Source: an uncultured Anaplasmataceae bacterium | Lineage (GTDB): Bacteria > Pseudomonadota > Alphaproteobacteria > Rickettsiales > CAIPFW01 | Assembly: GCA_903864455.1 (NCBI GenBank) | Contig: CAIPFW010000233.1 | Coordinates: 1 to 34,713 of the forward strand | Reading direction: 5' to 3' | DNA length: 34,713 nucleotides | Part shown: positions 1-8,770 of the stretch, in pieces | Layout of the letters: the number at the start of each line of letters is the position of its first letter | How positions within the stretch are numbered: the first letter of the stretch is position 1 | Made by a program: the position numbers and the translations under genes | The notes under the pieces: generated by a model | Seen by the model: the letters and a program-made list of their open reading frames with translations, nothing else | The model's database searches: none | Told to the model about the DNA's origin: nothing

Positions 1-219
1 AAAATAAAAATTAATTTTTAAAATTTTCTCCAATTTTAAAAAAACTATCAAAAAAAATAAAGGTATGGCGAGAAAAAAAAATACAATATGTTTGTTGAAA
101 ATATCAAGATTATTTTTTAAAGATGTTGAGTATTGCACTAAAAATCCAGCGCAAAACAATAGAATTATAGTGAAAAGGAAAAAAAAATAACCTTTAAAAT
201 TTTTCATTCTTTCGAAGAG

Positions 220-1050
220 TTAGCCCAAATACTTCATATCGTAATGCTTCGCATTAATCAATCCATAATGATCCATAGCACCTATAATTCCTATTTTTTT
301 ACACAAAATATAAAGATTTTTGAACGTAAATGTTTTTTTGAGAACGAGAAAGATAAGCATGAGATGAGTGTATGTATGATGAAAAACAACCTTATAAAAA
401 TCAAGCACTTGCACTAGTGTCAAATCAAAAAATAAAAAAGCAAAGAGATAGAGAAAAAGCAATGAATATAAAGCGGGGATAATCCCTGCAATAATTCTAT
501 TGATGCTTAATTCTGTATATAAAAACATTCGACTTGTTGGCCAAAATTCCATTACATCAAAAAATCGTAAAATAAAATATGGTCCGAGAAGAGTTAAAAT
601 TGTAAAAAGCACTTTAAGGACGAACGGATTGCAAATGAAAACAACCTGACATAAATGACTCGTTATACCATCAATTATCGAAGCTATGTGAACGATTGCA
701 GGGACAGACATCGCGAAAAAGAACGATTGAGCGATAAAAGAATCGATTACTATGCTTTCATTTTTGGCGAATGGATGCGATTTGCGAAAAATTGGCACCA
801 TCAAATTTGCGAGAAGGAATCCGTATATCGACTGCAAAAGCAAAATATAGGACATGGCAAGATATGAGTTTTCAAATCCGCATGTGTTGTATATGAGAAT
901 GATTGAGAAAATTACGGAAAATAATGCAGACCAATGACGCCCCCACTCAGGCAAATATCCTATATAAAAAACGGTTGAAATTGGTGCACTTCCAACAATT
1001 GTTCCAAAAAACTGAAAGCTAAAGATTTTTTTCAACCATTTGAACTTCAT
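220..1050 (-). CDS. Polytopic membrane protein with a PgpA (phosphatidylglycerophosphatase A)-like core and extra C-terminal helices
   Basis: 276-aa ORF, hydrophobic throughout. GYLPEWGRHWSAL, ESIVIDSFIAQ, RFFDVMEFWP and NRIIAGII line up with remembered PgpA blocks (GSGLxPxAPGTxGSL, SIVWDEFxG, FRxxDxxKPWP, xDDxxAG). Assigned from memory, not from a search. Confidence 0.45.
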   Translation of the reverse strand: MKFKWLKKIFSFQFFGTIVGSAPISTVFYIGYLPEWGRHWSALFSVIFSIILIYNTCGFENSYLAMSYILLLQSIYGFLLANLMVPIFRKSHPFAKNESIVIDSFIAQSFFFAMSVPAIVHIASIIDGITSHLCQVVFICNPFVLKVLFTILTLLGPYFILRFFDVMEFWPTSRMFLYTELSINRIIAGIIPALYSLLFLYLFAFLFFDLTLVQVLDFYKVVFHHTYTHLMLIFLVLKKTFTFKNLYILCKKIGIIGAMDHYGLINAKHYDMKYLG

Positions 1051-1058
1051 AAACCCCT

Positions 1059-2357
1059 CTAATTATAAATAACAAAAGAAAGATTTTTATCGTCAAGAAA
1101 CTTTTTTGCAACATTTTTGATGTCCTGAGTTGTCAGTTTCTCAACGATTTCTTTGTTTTTTTGATAAAAATCAAATGGCAAATTATTTTTCACTAAAAGC
1201 GCTAAATCGTATAAAGCTTTTCTATTATCTGAAAAATTCATCGCCTGTTTACCATAAAATTTCGTTTTAAGATAATTTAATTCATCTTCTGTCAAACCAT
1301 TATCGCTTACATTCTTAAATATATTATTAATTTCATCAAGTATTTTTTGAATATCATTACTTCCAGTTGCAACACCACCTGTAATATAATTCGCTTTTTC
1401 TAAATTCACTATTATCGTTTTAGCAGAATAAGTGATATTCATCTCCTCACGCAACTTTTTCATTAATTTGCTGTTTAGCCCGCCACCTCCTATATAATCA
1501 TTCAGCAAAGTCATCACAATAAAATCTTTGTCCAACAAATTCGGCATTTTTTGTGCGAAGTGAATGATAGTTTGAGCTTTTTCAACGCCATCTTTGATTT
1601 CCACAGGCTTTGAAAATAAATTTAATTTCACAGGCTCTGGTATTTTTTTATTTGGAGAATCGTCTTTTCCAAAATGCGCTAGATGTTTTTTTAAATTCTC
1701 TTCGATATCTTTTTGTGCCAAATCACCAGATATCACAATATGTGGCGTTGCATTCATTAATTTATAATTTATATAATTTTTTATATCTTCTTCTGATATC
1801 GATAAAACATCATCCTCGCTTAAAATTTTTGCTTCATAAATCTGTCCTTTAAAAAGCTCTTTCAAGAAGCTTTGATTTGCAAGATATTCATAATCTTGCG
1901 CTCCTGCCCGCACTCTAGAAATCATAACATTCTGAGCTAATTGAAAATTTTCGTTTGAAAAATTTGTCTGAAAAAGAGCTTCAAAAATCAAATCGAGAGA
2001 AGTTGAAAAATTTTCTTTCAGTGATTTAATGTATATATATGAGTTATCTTGGTCGCTATAAACATTAAAAGTTGTAGACAAATCTTTCAATTTATTTTGA
2101 AAATCTCGATAAGTATATCGACTTGAACCCATATTCATCATCGATAAAGCGAATGTATTGAGTCCATTCTTATCTTCATATGATTCGCCAGAGTGTTTTA
2201 AAATGACCATCATGTCAATTATTCCGCTATCTTTTCTTTCATAAAAAAAGCAATTTTCTTTGTTAAAATCGCACTTTTTTATATTTTCTAAATAATTCGC
2301 CATTGCATTTTGAGAAAACAAAAAACACATAATAAATAAATAAAAGATTTTTTTCAT
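1059..2357 (-). CDS. M16-family peptidase-like protein, probably the non-catalytic partner (no HxxEH motif), with signal peptide
   Basis: 432-aa ORF. N-terminal signal-like MKKIFYLFIMCFLFSQNAMA. M16 fold-like layout, but GLNTFALSMMNMGS replaces the zinc motif. Its start overlaps the stop of the upstream M16 gene by 4 nt (ATGA). Confidence 0.7.
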   Translation of the reverse strand: MKKIFYLFIMCFLFSQNAMANYLENIKKCDFNKENCFFYERKDSGIIDMMVILKHSGESYEDKNGLNTFALSMMNMGSSRYTYRDFQNKLKDLSTTFNVYSDQDNSYIYIKSLKENFSTSLDLIFEALFQTNFSNENFQLAQNVMISRVRAGAQDYEYLANQSFLKELFKGQIYEAKILSEDDVLSISEEDIKNYINYKLMNATPHIVISGDLAQKDIEENLKKHLAHFGKDDSPNKKIPEPVKLNLFSKPVEIKDGVEKAQTIIHFAQKMPNLLDKDFIVMTLLNDYIGGGGLNSKLMKKLREEMNITYSAKTIIVNLEKANYITGGVATGSNDIQKILDEINNIFKNVSDNGLTEDELNYLKTKFYGKQAMNFSDNRKALYDLALLVKNNLPFDFYQKNKEIVEKLTTQDIKNVAKKFLDDKNLSFVIYN

Positions 2358-3682
2358 AAGTATTCCTTAGAAAGTATTCCAATGATATGAGGATTTTGTA
2401 TAAAAATCTCATTATAAACTTTTTCAAGATCTGCAATTGTGATAGCATTGACTTGATTTTTTATGTCGCTCACAATTTCTGGATTCAAACCAGAAAGCAT
2501 CACCTGACCATAAATCATCGCTTTGTTTTGCAAATTATCCATTGCGTAAGTATGCTGACCGATGTATAGATTTTTTAATCTAGAAAGCTCTTTTTCAGAA
2601 ACTATCTCCTTTTGATTCTTGAAAAAATCATTCATAAAAACCTGAATTTCTTTTATTTTCGAATCATCGACAGGTGTGATTTTTATCAAAAATGGAGCAT
2701 TGTCGTAACCAAAATTATTATATTCTACTGAAACATGTGAGGCGATTTTTTTTTCTTCAACTAATTTTTTACTCAACATATTATCGCCCGTTTCAACAAT
2801 ATAAGCTAAAAGCTCAGTGGCGAAGCCGTTTGTATTTTTTGACTGAAAGGTTGGAGCCATGGTCAAATAATAATAATTCGATTGTTTGATATCTTTATCT
2901 TTTTCTTCATAGAATAAATTTTTAGTTTTGACGGGCATTTCAGGATTTGTATTTTTATAATAATCCTTCAAATCAATATCATCGTTTTTCAAAACGCTGT
3001 AGTATTTTTCAATTAAAGCTTTGGTTTTTTCAGAGTCAAAATTCCCAACTACGAGCAAAATCGCATTGTTTGGATTGTAGTATTTATAATAAAAATTTCG
3101 AAAATCTTGATTGAGTATCGCATGCAAATCATTCATCGACCCTATCAACGATTGACCATAATAGTCGTTATTATAAAAAATCGCTGATAATTTTTCTAAA
3201 AATTTCTCTTCAGGGACGTTGTCGGTTCTCATTCGACGCTCCTCCTTCACGATTTCTCGCTCTTTATTGATTTCATCGTCATGAAGGACTAAATTTTTCA
3301 TTCTATCGGACTCAAATTTCATCAAATCTTCAAGTAATTCTTTTTTTCCAAATTCGTAATAAAAAGTCAATTCATGACCCGTAGCTGCGTTATATATTGC
3401 GCCATTTTTATCGAAAAAATCTATCAAATCTCCAGTTTCATAATTTTGCGTTGAGCGAAACATCAGATGCTCGAGAAAATGAGCGAGCCCAGCTTTTCCA
3501 TAAAAATCTTGCAAACCACCGACTTTATAAAAAACTGAATGAACGACAAGCTCAGTTTTATTGTCGGGAACGAGTAAAACTTCGAGACCATTTTTTAATT
3601 TAAAATGCTCAAATTGTTCTTTTGAAAAGGCATTCTGCACAAAAATACACAAGAAAAATAATAATAGGATTCGTTTTGGCAT
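2354..3682 (-). CDS. M16-family zinc metallopeptidase (pitrilysin / MPP-like), catalytic subunit, with signal peptide
   Basis: 442-aa ORF. Inverted zinc motif HFLEH within GLAHFLEHLMFRST, and the downstream EREIVKEE glutamate region typical of M16. Signal-like MPKRILLLFFLCIFVQNAFS. Confidence 0.85.
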   Translation of the reverse strand: MPKRILLLFFLCIFVQNAFSKEQFEHFKLKNGLEVLLVPDNKTELVVHSVFYKVGGLQDFYGKAGLAHFLEHLMFRSTQNYETGDLIDFFDKNGAIYNAATGHELTFYYEFGKKELLEDLMKFESDRMKNLVLHDDEINKEREIVKEERRMRTDNVPEEKFLEKLSAIFYNNDYYGQSLIGSMNDLHAILNQDFRNFYYKYYNPNNAILLVVGNFDSEKTKALIEKYYSVLKNDDIDLKDYYKNTNPEMPVKTKNLFYEEKDKDIKQSNYYYLTMAPTFQSKNTNGFATELLAYIVETGDNMLSKKLVEEKKIASHVSVEYNNFGYDNAPFLIKITPVDDSKIKEIQVFMNDFFKNQKEIVSEKELSRLKNLYIGQHTYAMDNLQNKAMIYGQVMLSGLNPEIVSDIKNQVNAITIADLEKVYNEIFIQNPHIIGILSKEYL

Positions 3683-3783
3683 AATTTTGATTCATACTTT
3701 TCCGAAAGTATATCATAAAAAATCGCTTGAAAACTATCGAAGAGGCATTTAAAGTTTTATTTTTTGCCGAATTATCAATTCAG

Positions 3784-4869
3784 TTAATTTTGAGTGAATT
3801 TTTTGCTATTGTAAAGTTTGATTCCACCGTCTAAACTTTGAACTTTTTTGAATCCATTTTCTTTTAAAAATTGAGTCGCAGCAAGACTTCTCACGCCCGC
3901 ATGACAATAAATCACAATATTTTTGTCTTGAAATTTTTCTAATTCTTGCGGATTTTGATATAGCAAATCTAATTGTAACCAAAAATCTCCATCGATGATA
4001 CCATCCATGATCCTTTCTTCCTTCGTTCTCACGTCTACAACGCAGTATTCATAAGGGTTTTTGAGAAAATCATCCATTTTAAGAATGAGCTCTATATCAT
4101 TTTTTGTACAATTCATATTCATCATTTTTACATTTTTAAGAGTTGGATTGTTGCCGCAAAGTTCGCAATTTTCATCCTTATGAAGTTTAAATTTTTTAAT
4201 GGTATTATTCAATGCGTTAAATTGAGTGAGAGTGTTGATTGAATTTTCGCCCCTTTCTAATATGAGCTTAATAATTTCCATTGCTTGCATAGAGCCGATA
4301 ATCCCTGTAACCATGCCAATAATTCCGCCATCAGAGCAGGACTGAGTGTTTGTATTCACGAATGGTTGTATGCATCGAAGGCATAGATTTTCTTTATGAT
4401 TATTCATAAAAGTCATCAATCTCCCTTCAAATTGAAAGACTGAGCCGGAAATCAGAGGTTTTTTTTCGAAAAAACACGCATCATTCAAAAGATATTTTGT
4501 TTGAAAATTATCGCTTGCATCAATTATATAGTCGTATTTTTTGATTAAATGTATGCAATTTTTTTCATTCAATCTCTCATAGTACGAATTTATATTTATA
4601 TTAGAGTTAAATTTTGTTAAATTTTTCGTCGCAATCTCAACTTTATTTTTACTTATATCGCCTTCATTATAAAGAATTTGTCGATGTAGATTTGTCAAAT
4701 TTACAACGTCATCATCCATAATGCCAAGAGTTCCTATTCCGGCTAAAGCAAGCTGTAGAGCTACTGGGCAACCAAGACCTCCTAATCCAACTATCAAAAC
4801 TGATGAATTTTTTATTTTTTTTTGCCCATCAATTTCAATCATTGCGATTTGGCTTTTATATCTTTCCAA
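3784..4869 (-). CDS. ThiF/MoeB-type adenylyltransferase fused to a C-terminal rhodanese domain (MoeZ-like sulfur-carrier activating enzyme)
   Basis: 361-aa ORF. Nucleotide-binding loop VGLGGLGCPVALQLALAGIG, conserved NLHRQ, two CxxC pairs (CLRC, CELC), and the rhodanese active-site loop IVIYCHAGVRS near the C-terminus. Confidence 0.8.
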   Translation of the reverse strand: MERYKSQIAMIEIDGQKKIKNSSVLIVGLGGLGCPVALQLALAGIGTLGIMDDDVVNLTNLHRQILYNEGDISKNKVEIATKNLTKFNSNININSYYERLNEKNCIHLIKKYDYIIDASDNFQTKYLLNDACFFEKKPLISGSVFQFEGRLMTFMNNHKENLCLRCIQPFVNTNTQSCSDGGIIGMVTGIIGSMQAMEIIKLILERGENSINTLTQFNALNNTIKKFKLHKDENCELCGNNPTLKNVKMMNMNCTKNDIELILKMDDFLKNPYEYCVVDVRTKEERIMDGIIDGDFWLQLDLLYQNPQELEKFQDKNIVIYCHAGVRSLAATQFLKENGFKKVQSLDGGIKLYNSKKFTQN

Positions 4870-4911
4870 GTCTTTTATATAAAATATTTATTGTATTTGT
4901 TATTTATAATT

Positions 4912-4940
4912 TTGACAAGATTGGTTTCAAATTTTAACAT
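4912..4940 (+). promoter_or_regulatory. Sigma70-like promoter candidate P1 (TTGACA-N17-TAACAT)
   Basis: Exact TTGACA at 4912-4917, a 17-nt spacer, then TAACAT at 4935-4940. Oriented toward tRNA-Tyr. Confidence 0.35.
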
Positions 4941-4947
4941 AAATACA

Positions 4948-4976
4948 TTGACAGAAAATCCGTAAATCGATAAATT
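4948..4976 (+). promoter_or_regulatory. Sigma70-like promoter candidate P2 (TTGACA-N17-TAAATT)
   Basis: Exact TTGACA at 4948-4953, a 17-nt spacer, then TAAATT at 4971-4976. Confidence 0.4.
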
Positions 4977-5041
4977 TGCTGAATTTTATAAAAATTTAAA
5001 GAATATTGATGTATTTTTTATAAAAAAAGTGTTTTTACTAG

Positions 5042-5070
5042 TTGACAGAGCTATGAAAATGTTGTAAATT
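5042..5070 (+). promoter_or_regulatory. Sigma70-like promoter candidate P3 (TTGACA-N17-TAAATT), about 62 nt upstream of tRNA-Tyr
   Basis: Exact TTGACA at 5042-5047, a 17-nt spacer, then TAAATT at 5065-5070. Same architecture as P2. Confidence 0.45.
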
Positions 5071-5131
5071 CTCTCAGTGCTAATTATAAAATTAAGATTT
5101 CCTAAAATTCTTAGTTTTGTGTAATAAGTAA

Positions 5132-5214
5132 GGAGAGATGGCCGAGTGGTTAATGGCGGCAGACTGTAAATCTGCTCGTGAGAGCGTACGTAGGTTCGAA
5201 TCCTATTCTCTCCA
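5132..5214 (+). tRNA. tRNA-Tyr (anticodon GTA), long variable arm, CCA not encoded
   Basis: Hand-folded cloverleaf. Acceptor GGAGAGA/TCTCTCC, D stem GCCG/TGGC, anticodon stem GCAGA/TCTGC with loop CTGTAAA, 14-nt variable arm, T arm GTAGG-TTCGAAT-CCTAT, discriminator A. Confidence 0.93.
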
Positions 5215-5226
5215 TATAAGAAATAA

Positions 5227-5297
5227 GCGGGTGTAGCTTAGTGGTAAAGCACCAGCCTTCCAAGCTGGCTATGTGAGTTCGATTCTCATCACCCGCT
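5227..5297 (+). tRNA. tRNA-Gly (anticodon TCC), CCA not encoded
   Basis: Hand-folded cloverleaf. Acceptor GCGGGTG/CACCCGC, D stem GCTT/AAGC, anticodon stem CCAGC/GCTGG with loop CTTCCAA, T arm GTGAG-TTCGATT-CTCAT. Confidence 0.93.
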
Positions 5298-5310
5298 CTT
5301 TAATAGCGTA

Positions 5311-5338
5311 TTGATAATTGTAATATTTGTGATATATT
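5311..5338 (+). promoter_or_regulatory. Possible internal promoter for tuf (TTGATA-N16-TATATT)
   Basis: TTGATA at 5311-5316 and TATATT at 5333-5338, between tRNA-Gly and tuf. AT-rich context makes chance matches likely. Confidence 0.2.
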
Positions 5339-5370
5339 GATAGATAATTTTTATTTTATAGGTTTGATAA

Positions 5371-6597
5371 ATGGCTGACAGTAAAACATTTAAGAGGGGA
5401 AAGCCTCACTTGAACGTAGGGACCATTGGTCATGTTGACCATGGTAAAACAACTTTAACTGCCGCAATTACAACTGTTCTTTCTAAGACTGGCGGAGCTA
5501 AAGCGACTAACTATGGTGAAATTGATAAGGCGCCAGAAGAAAAGGCTCGGGGTATTACAATTAACACTGCGCACGTTGAATACGAAACAGCGAAAAGACA
5601 CTATGCTCATATTGACTGTCCAGGTCACGCCGATTATGTGAAAAATATGATTACAGGTGCCGCTCAAATGGATGGTGCAATTCTTGTTGTATCTGCAACT
5701 GATGGACCTATGCCTCAAACTCGTGAGCATATTTTACTTTCTCGTCAGGTTGGAGTTCCTTATATCGTTGTTTACTTAAACAAGTGCGACCAAGTTGATG
5801 ATGAAGATATGTTTGAACTTGTTGAAGACGAGATTCGTTCTTTGTTAACCCAATATGGATTCAATGGAAAGGAAGCAATAATCGTTCGTGGTTCTGCATT
5901 AATGGCTTTGAATGGCGAAGATAATGACAAAGGTTATGGAGTTGCTTCAATTCATAAATTAATGGACGCACTTGACTCTGTGATTCCAGATCCTGTGAGA
6001 AATATTGATTCTCCATTCTTGATGCCAGTTGAAGACGTAATGTCTATTACAGGTCGTGGAACTGTGGTAACTGGAAGAATAGAATCTGGTGTTATCAAGG
6101 TGGGTGATGAGGTTGAGATAGTTGGTTTGAGAGCTGAAAATGCTGTTTTAAAGACTACTGTAACAGGAATCGAAATGTTCAAGAAATTACTTGAGCGTGG
6201 TGAAGCTGGTGATAATGCAGGATTATTATTGCGTGGTACGAAAAAAGAAGAGATAGAGCGCGGTATGGTTCTTGCTAAACCAGGAAGTATTAAAGCTCAC
6301 ACTAAATTTAAAGCTGCAATATACGTTTTGAAATCGGAAGAAGGCGGTAGAAAAACTCCTTTCCATGCAAAATACAAACCACAATTTTACTTCAGAACTA
6401 CTGATGTAACGGGAGATATGGTTGAATTGCGTGACAGTGAGAACAAAGAGACTTTAGAGATGGTGATGCCTGGAGATAACATAAATGCAACTGTGCATTT
6501 AGGTAAAGGTGTCGCTATGGCTGCTGGGTTGCGTTTCGCTATTCGTGAAGGCGGTAGAACGATCGGATCTGGAATGATCGTTGAAGTTATTGCATAG
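5371..6597 (+). CDS. tuf: Translation elongation factor Tu
   Basis: 408-aa [39 protein letters not shown] and NKCD GTPase motifs, with full-length similarity to bacterial EF-Tu. Confidence 0.98.
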   Translation: MADSKTFKRGKPHLNVGTIGHVDHGKTTLTAAITTVLSKTGGAKATNYGEIDKAPEEKARGITINTAHVEYETAKRHYAHIDCPGHADYVKNMITGAAQMDGAILVVSATDGPMPQTREHILLSRQVGVPYIVVYLNKCDQVDDEDMFELVEDEIRSLLTQYGFNGKEAIIVRGSALMALNGEDNDKGYGVASIHKLMDALDSVIPDPVRNIDSPFLMPVEDVMSITGRGTVVTGRIESGVIKVGDEVEIVGLRAENAVLKTTVTGIEMFKKLLERGEAGDNAGLLLRGTKKEEIERGMVLAKPGSIKAHTKFKAAIYVLKSEEGGRKTPFHAKYKPQFYFRTTDVTGDMVELRDSENKETLEMVMPGDNINATVHLGKGVAMAAGLRFAIREGGRTIGSGMIVEVIA

Positions 6598-6608
6598 GTG
6601 TATTTTTT

Positions 6609-6950
6609 ATGAGTATCAAAAATACATCTCCTGTTGTTGCAGGATCTAAAATTGTTGTTAAATTGTTTTCCTATGATCACAATTTAATAAAAAATGCTGT
6701 GTTTGTTATAAGAAATGCTTTGAGTGGTAGCGGTGTTGATATATGCGGACCAATCCCAATACCAACTAGAAAAAAAACTTTTACAGTAAATAGATCCCCA
6801 CACGTAGATAAAAAATCTCGTGAGCATTTCGAGATAAGGACTCATGTTAGAGTCATTGGATTGTTTAATTGTAACAATACTGTGGTTGAGCGCTTGCTCA
6901 AAGTGGCTCTACCAAATGGTGTAGAAATTAAGATTAGATATATTGATTAG
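6609..6950 (+). CDS. rpsJ: 30S ribosomal protein S10
   Basis: 113 aa. [33 protein letters not shown] is the S10 signature. Lies 11 nt after tuf. Confidence 0.95.
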   Translation: MSIKNTSPVVAGSKIVVKLFSYDHNLIKNAVFVIRNALSGSGVDICGPIPIPTRKKTFTVNRSPHVDKKSREHFEIRTHVRVIGLFNCNNTVVERLLKVALPNGVEIKIRYID

Positions 6951-6984
6951 TGAATTTATTAATGTTTATTTTGTGTGATTGTTT

Positions 6985-7638
6985 ATGAAAAGGTTTGGTT
7001 TAGTTGCGATAAAAGTTGGTTGCTCTACTTATTTTAAGTCTGATGGCTCGGCTTTTGCAGTTACTATCTTAAAAGTTGCGAACTCTTTTGTTTCATCGTT
7101 GAAAAAAAAAGAAATTGACGGATATAATGGAATTCAAATAGTTTACGATAAAAAGATAGTACGTGAATCTGTAATTTCTAAACCTATTCTTGGAACTTTA
7201 AAAAAGTTGAATCTACCTTTTTTGAGATACTCAAAAGAGTTTGTTTTTGATGATACGAAAATAGATATTAACAACTTAATTATTGGTTCTGAACTATCAG
7301 CATCTATTTTTTCTGGTGTGAAAAAAGTTGATATTACGGGCTGTACTAAAGGAAAGGGGTTCTCTGGTGTTATGAAAAGATATCAGTTTGCTGGTTTGAA
7401 TGCGAGTCACGGTGTATCATTAGCTCATAGAATGCCTGGTTCTACAGGTCAGAGAACAGATCCTGGAAAAGTATTTAAGAATAAAAAAATGGCTGGTAGA
7501 CATGGTATGTACAAAAAAACAATACATGGAATGTCTGTGGTAGCGATTGATGAAGCAAATAATCTGATTGTAGTGAAGGGTTCTGTCCCTGGCTCAATGA
7601 ATGATTTTGTTTGCGTTAGAGAAGTAGCGAAATTTTAA
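6985..7638 (+). CDS. rplC: 50S ribosomal protein L3
   Basis: GKGFSGVMKRYQFAG...HRMPGSTGQRTDPGKVFKNKKMAGRHG. The ORF track opens at TTG 6979, but I prefer ATG 6985. Confidence 0.93.
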   Translation: MKRFGLVAIKVGCSTYFKSDGSAFAVTILKVANSFVSSLKKKEIDGYNGIQIVYDKKIVRESVISKPILGTLKKLNLPFLRYSKEFVFDDTKIDINNLIIGSELSASIFSGVKKVDITGCTKGKGFSGVMKRYQFAGLNASHGVSLAHRMPGSTGQRTDPGKVFKNKKMAGRHGMYKKTIHGMSVVAIDEANNLIVVKGSVPGSMNDFVCVREVAKF

Positions 7639-7657
7639 GTTTTTTTGATGTAATTTT

Positions 7658-8425
7658 ATGGTTCAGTTAGTTGTAAGAAGTTTCGTCAATTGCGATGAAA
7701 GCCACGGTCATCTTGAGTATCCAGAGCAGTTGTTTTTATTGAGATGTAAGAAAGATGCGTTGCAAATGGTTTATAATACTGATTATGCAATGAAGAATCG
7801 CTCTTTTTCTCATACAAAAGATAGGGGGGAGGTTGAAGGGACTACAAAGAAAATGTATAGGCAGAAGGGAACAGGCGGAGCAAGGCATGGAACTATGAGG
7901 GCTTCTCAGTTTCGTGGTGGCGGTATTACTTTTGGTCCAAAATTCGCCTTAAAAAGAATCAAAATTAATAAAAATTTAAAATTTTTAGCTGTGTTGACTC
8001 TTCTCAATAAGCACATCGAGCGAGGTAGCTTGTTTGTATTTGATGAATTGCATTGTGATTCTTTGAGAACAAAAGAGCTTAATGCAAGACTTTTTGCGTT
8101 TTTTGAAAAGTGCGTTTTTGAAAATCTTTCAGCTATGGAATTAGTTGGTGGGTCAAAAAATCAAAAATACGAATTTTTCTTAAAGAAATCAGGCTGTGTA
8201 TTTGTTGGAGATTTTGATACTGAGAATTTAGAAAAGTCTAAAAATTTCTTACTGGCTTCTAGAAATATTGTTGGTTTGAAGTCTTTGAATGCCGACAGTT
8301 TGAATGTTTCTGATCTGATGAATCACGGCGTAGTTTGTATTGCAAAAAATTCTTTAGTTTATGTAATAGAAAAATTTCAAAACAAATTGCTTCGAGACAA
8401 ACTTTTAAAAGTTAATTTAGGATAA
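7658..8425 (+). CDS. rplD: 50S ribosomal protein L4 (unusually long, 255 aa)
   Basis: KKMYRQKGTGGARHGTMRASQFRGGGITFGPK is the L4 signature. Canonical position after rplC. Confidence 0.9.
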   Translation: MVQLVVRSFVNCDESHGHLEYPEQLFLLRCKKDALQMVYNTDYAMKNRSFSHTKDRGEVEGTTKKMYRQKGTGGARHGTMRASQFRGGGITFGPKFALKRIKINKNLKFLAVLTLLNKHIERGSLFVFDELHCDSLRTKELNARLFAFFEKCVFENLSAMELVGGSKNQKYEFFLKKSGCVFVGDFDTENLEKSKNFLLASRNIVGLKSLNADSLNVSDLMNHGVVCIAKNSLVYVIEKFQNKLLRDKLLKVNLG

Positions 8426-8429
8426 TTGC

Positions 8430-8756
8430 ATGACAAATAAAATTAATGCTTTTTTAATAAAAAAATTGCTTATTACTCAGAAATCTCACGATTTGGAGAG
8501 TAAATTAAATAAACTAACGTTAATTACAGATCATCAAGTCAATAAATTCGATATTATTGCATTTTTTACTACTTTGAGTATTTCGATAAATTTCGTTAAT
8601 TCTATGAATGTAAAAAGCGAAGATAGATTGTTCAGAGGGCGTTCTGGAAAGACGAAATCTTGTAAAAAATTTATCATTACTTTTGGAAAAGGTGAGAATG
8701 TCTCTAAGATAATTGACAGCATTGTGAGTTTGCAGTTGTCTGCGAATAAAGTTTAG
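8430..8756 (+). CDS. rplW: 50S ribosomal protein L23 (divergent)
   Basis: 108 aa at the conserved position between rplD and rplB. C-terminal ...GRSGKTKSCKKFIITFGKGE resembles the L23 GKxKRxG...KKAxVTL block. Confidence 0.75.
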   Translation: MTNKINAFLIKKLLITQKSHDLESKLNKLTLITDHQVNKFDIIAFFTTLSISINFVNSMNVKSEDRLFRGRSGKTKSCKKFIITFGKGENVSKIIDSIVSLQLSANKV

Positions 8757-8770
8757 TTTTTGTTTCTTGT

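Noticed and set aside
65-190. 41-aa basic ORF (MARKKNTICLLKISRLFFKDVEYCTKNPAQNNRIIVKRKKK). Its length and charge briefly suggested ribosomal protein L36 (rpmJ).
   Set aside because: It does not align convincingly with either the Cys/His-type or the alphaproteobacterial 41-aa L36 sequences I remember. The upstream ribosome-binding site is weak, and lysine-rich ORFs arise easily in A-rich DNA. It would need an HMM search or conservation data.
3694-3711. Small hairpin atacttt-tccg-aaagtat between the MoeB-like gene and the M16 gene, considered as a terminator.
   Set aside because: The stem is 7 bp and all-AT apart from one pair, and no U-tract follows on the transcribed (minus) strand. It cannot be distinguished from chance in this composition.
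5455-6680. Antisense or out-of-frame track ORFs inside conserved genes. Examples: 5455..5730, 5952..6182 and 6387..6680 in tuf. The same applies to 655..867, 1610..1852, 2263..2448, 2387..2569, 2692..2889, 3397..3603, 3561..3752, 8534..8722, 8800..9054, 9626..9916, 10481..10672, 11964..12173, 12327..12521, 12636..12833, 12950..13405, 14091..14342, 15114..15326, 15675..15989, 17883..18101, 18245..18436, 19539..19841, 20586..21398, 23147..23419, 24429..25141, 25413..25604, 25785..26017, 26267..27023, 27166..27348, 27734..27949, 29500..29742, 30320..30526, 31660..31851, 31999..32259 and 34023..34208.
   Set aside because: Each lies wholly within, or largely overlaps, a strongly supported gene on the other strand or in another frame. 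Each has low-complexity or odd composition and no recognisable motif. These are typical shadow ORFs of AT-rich DNA.
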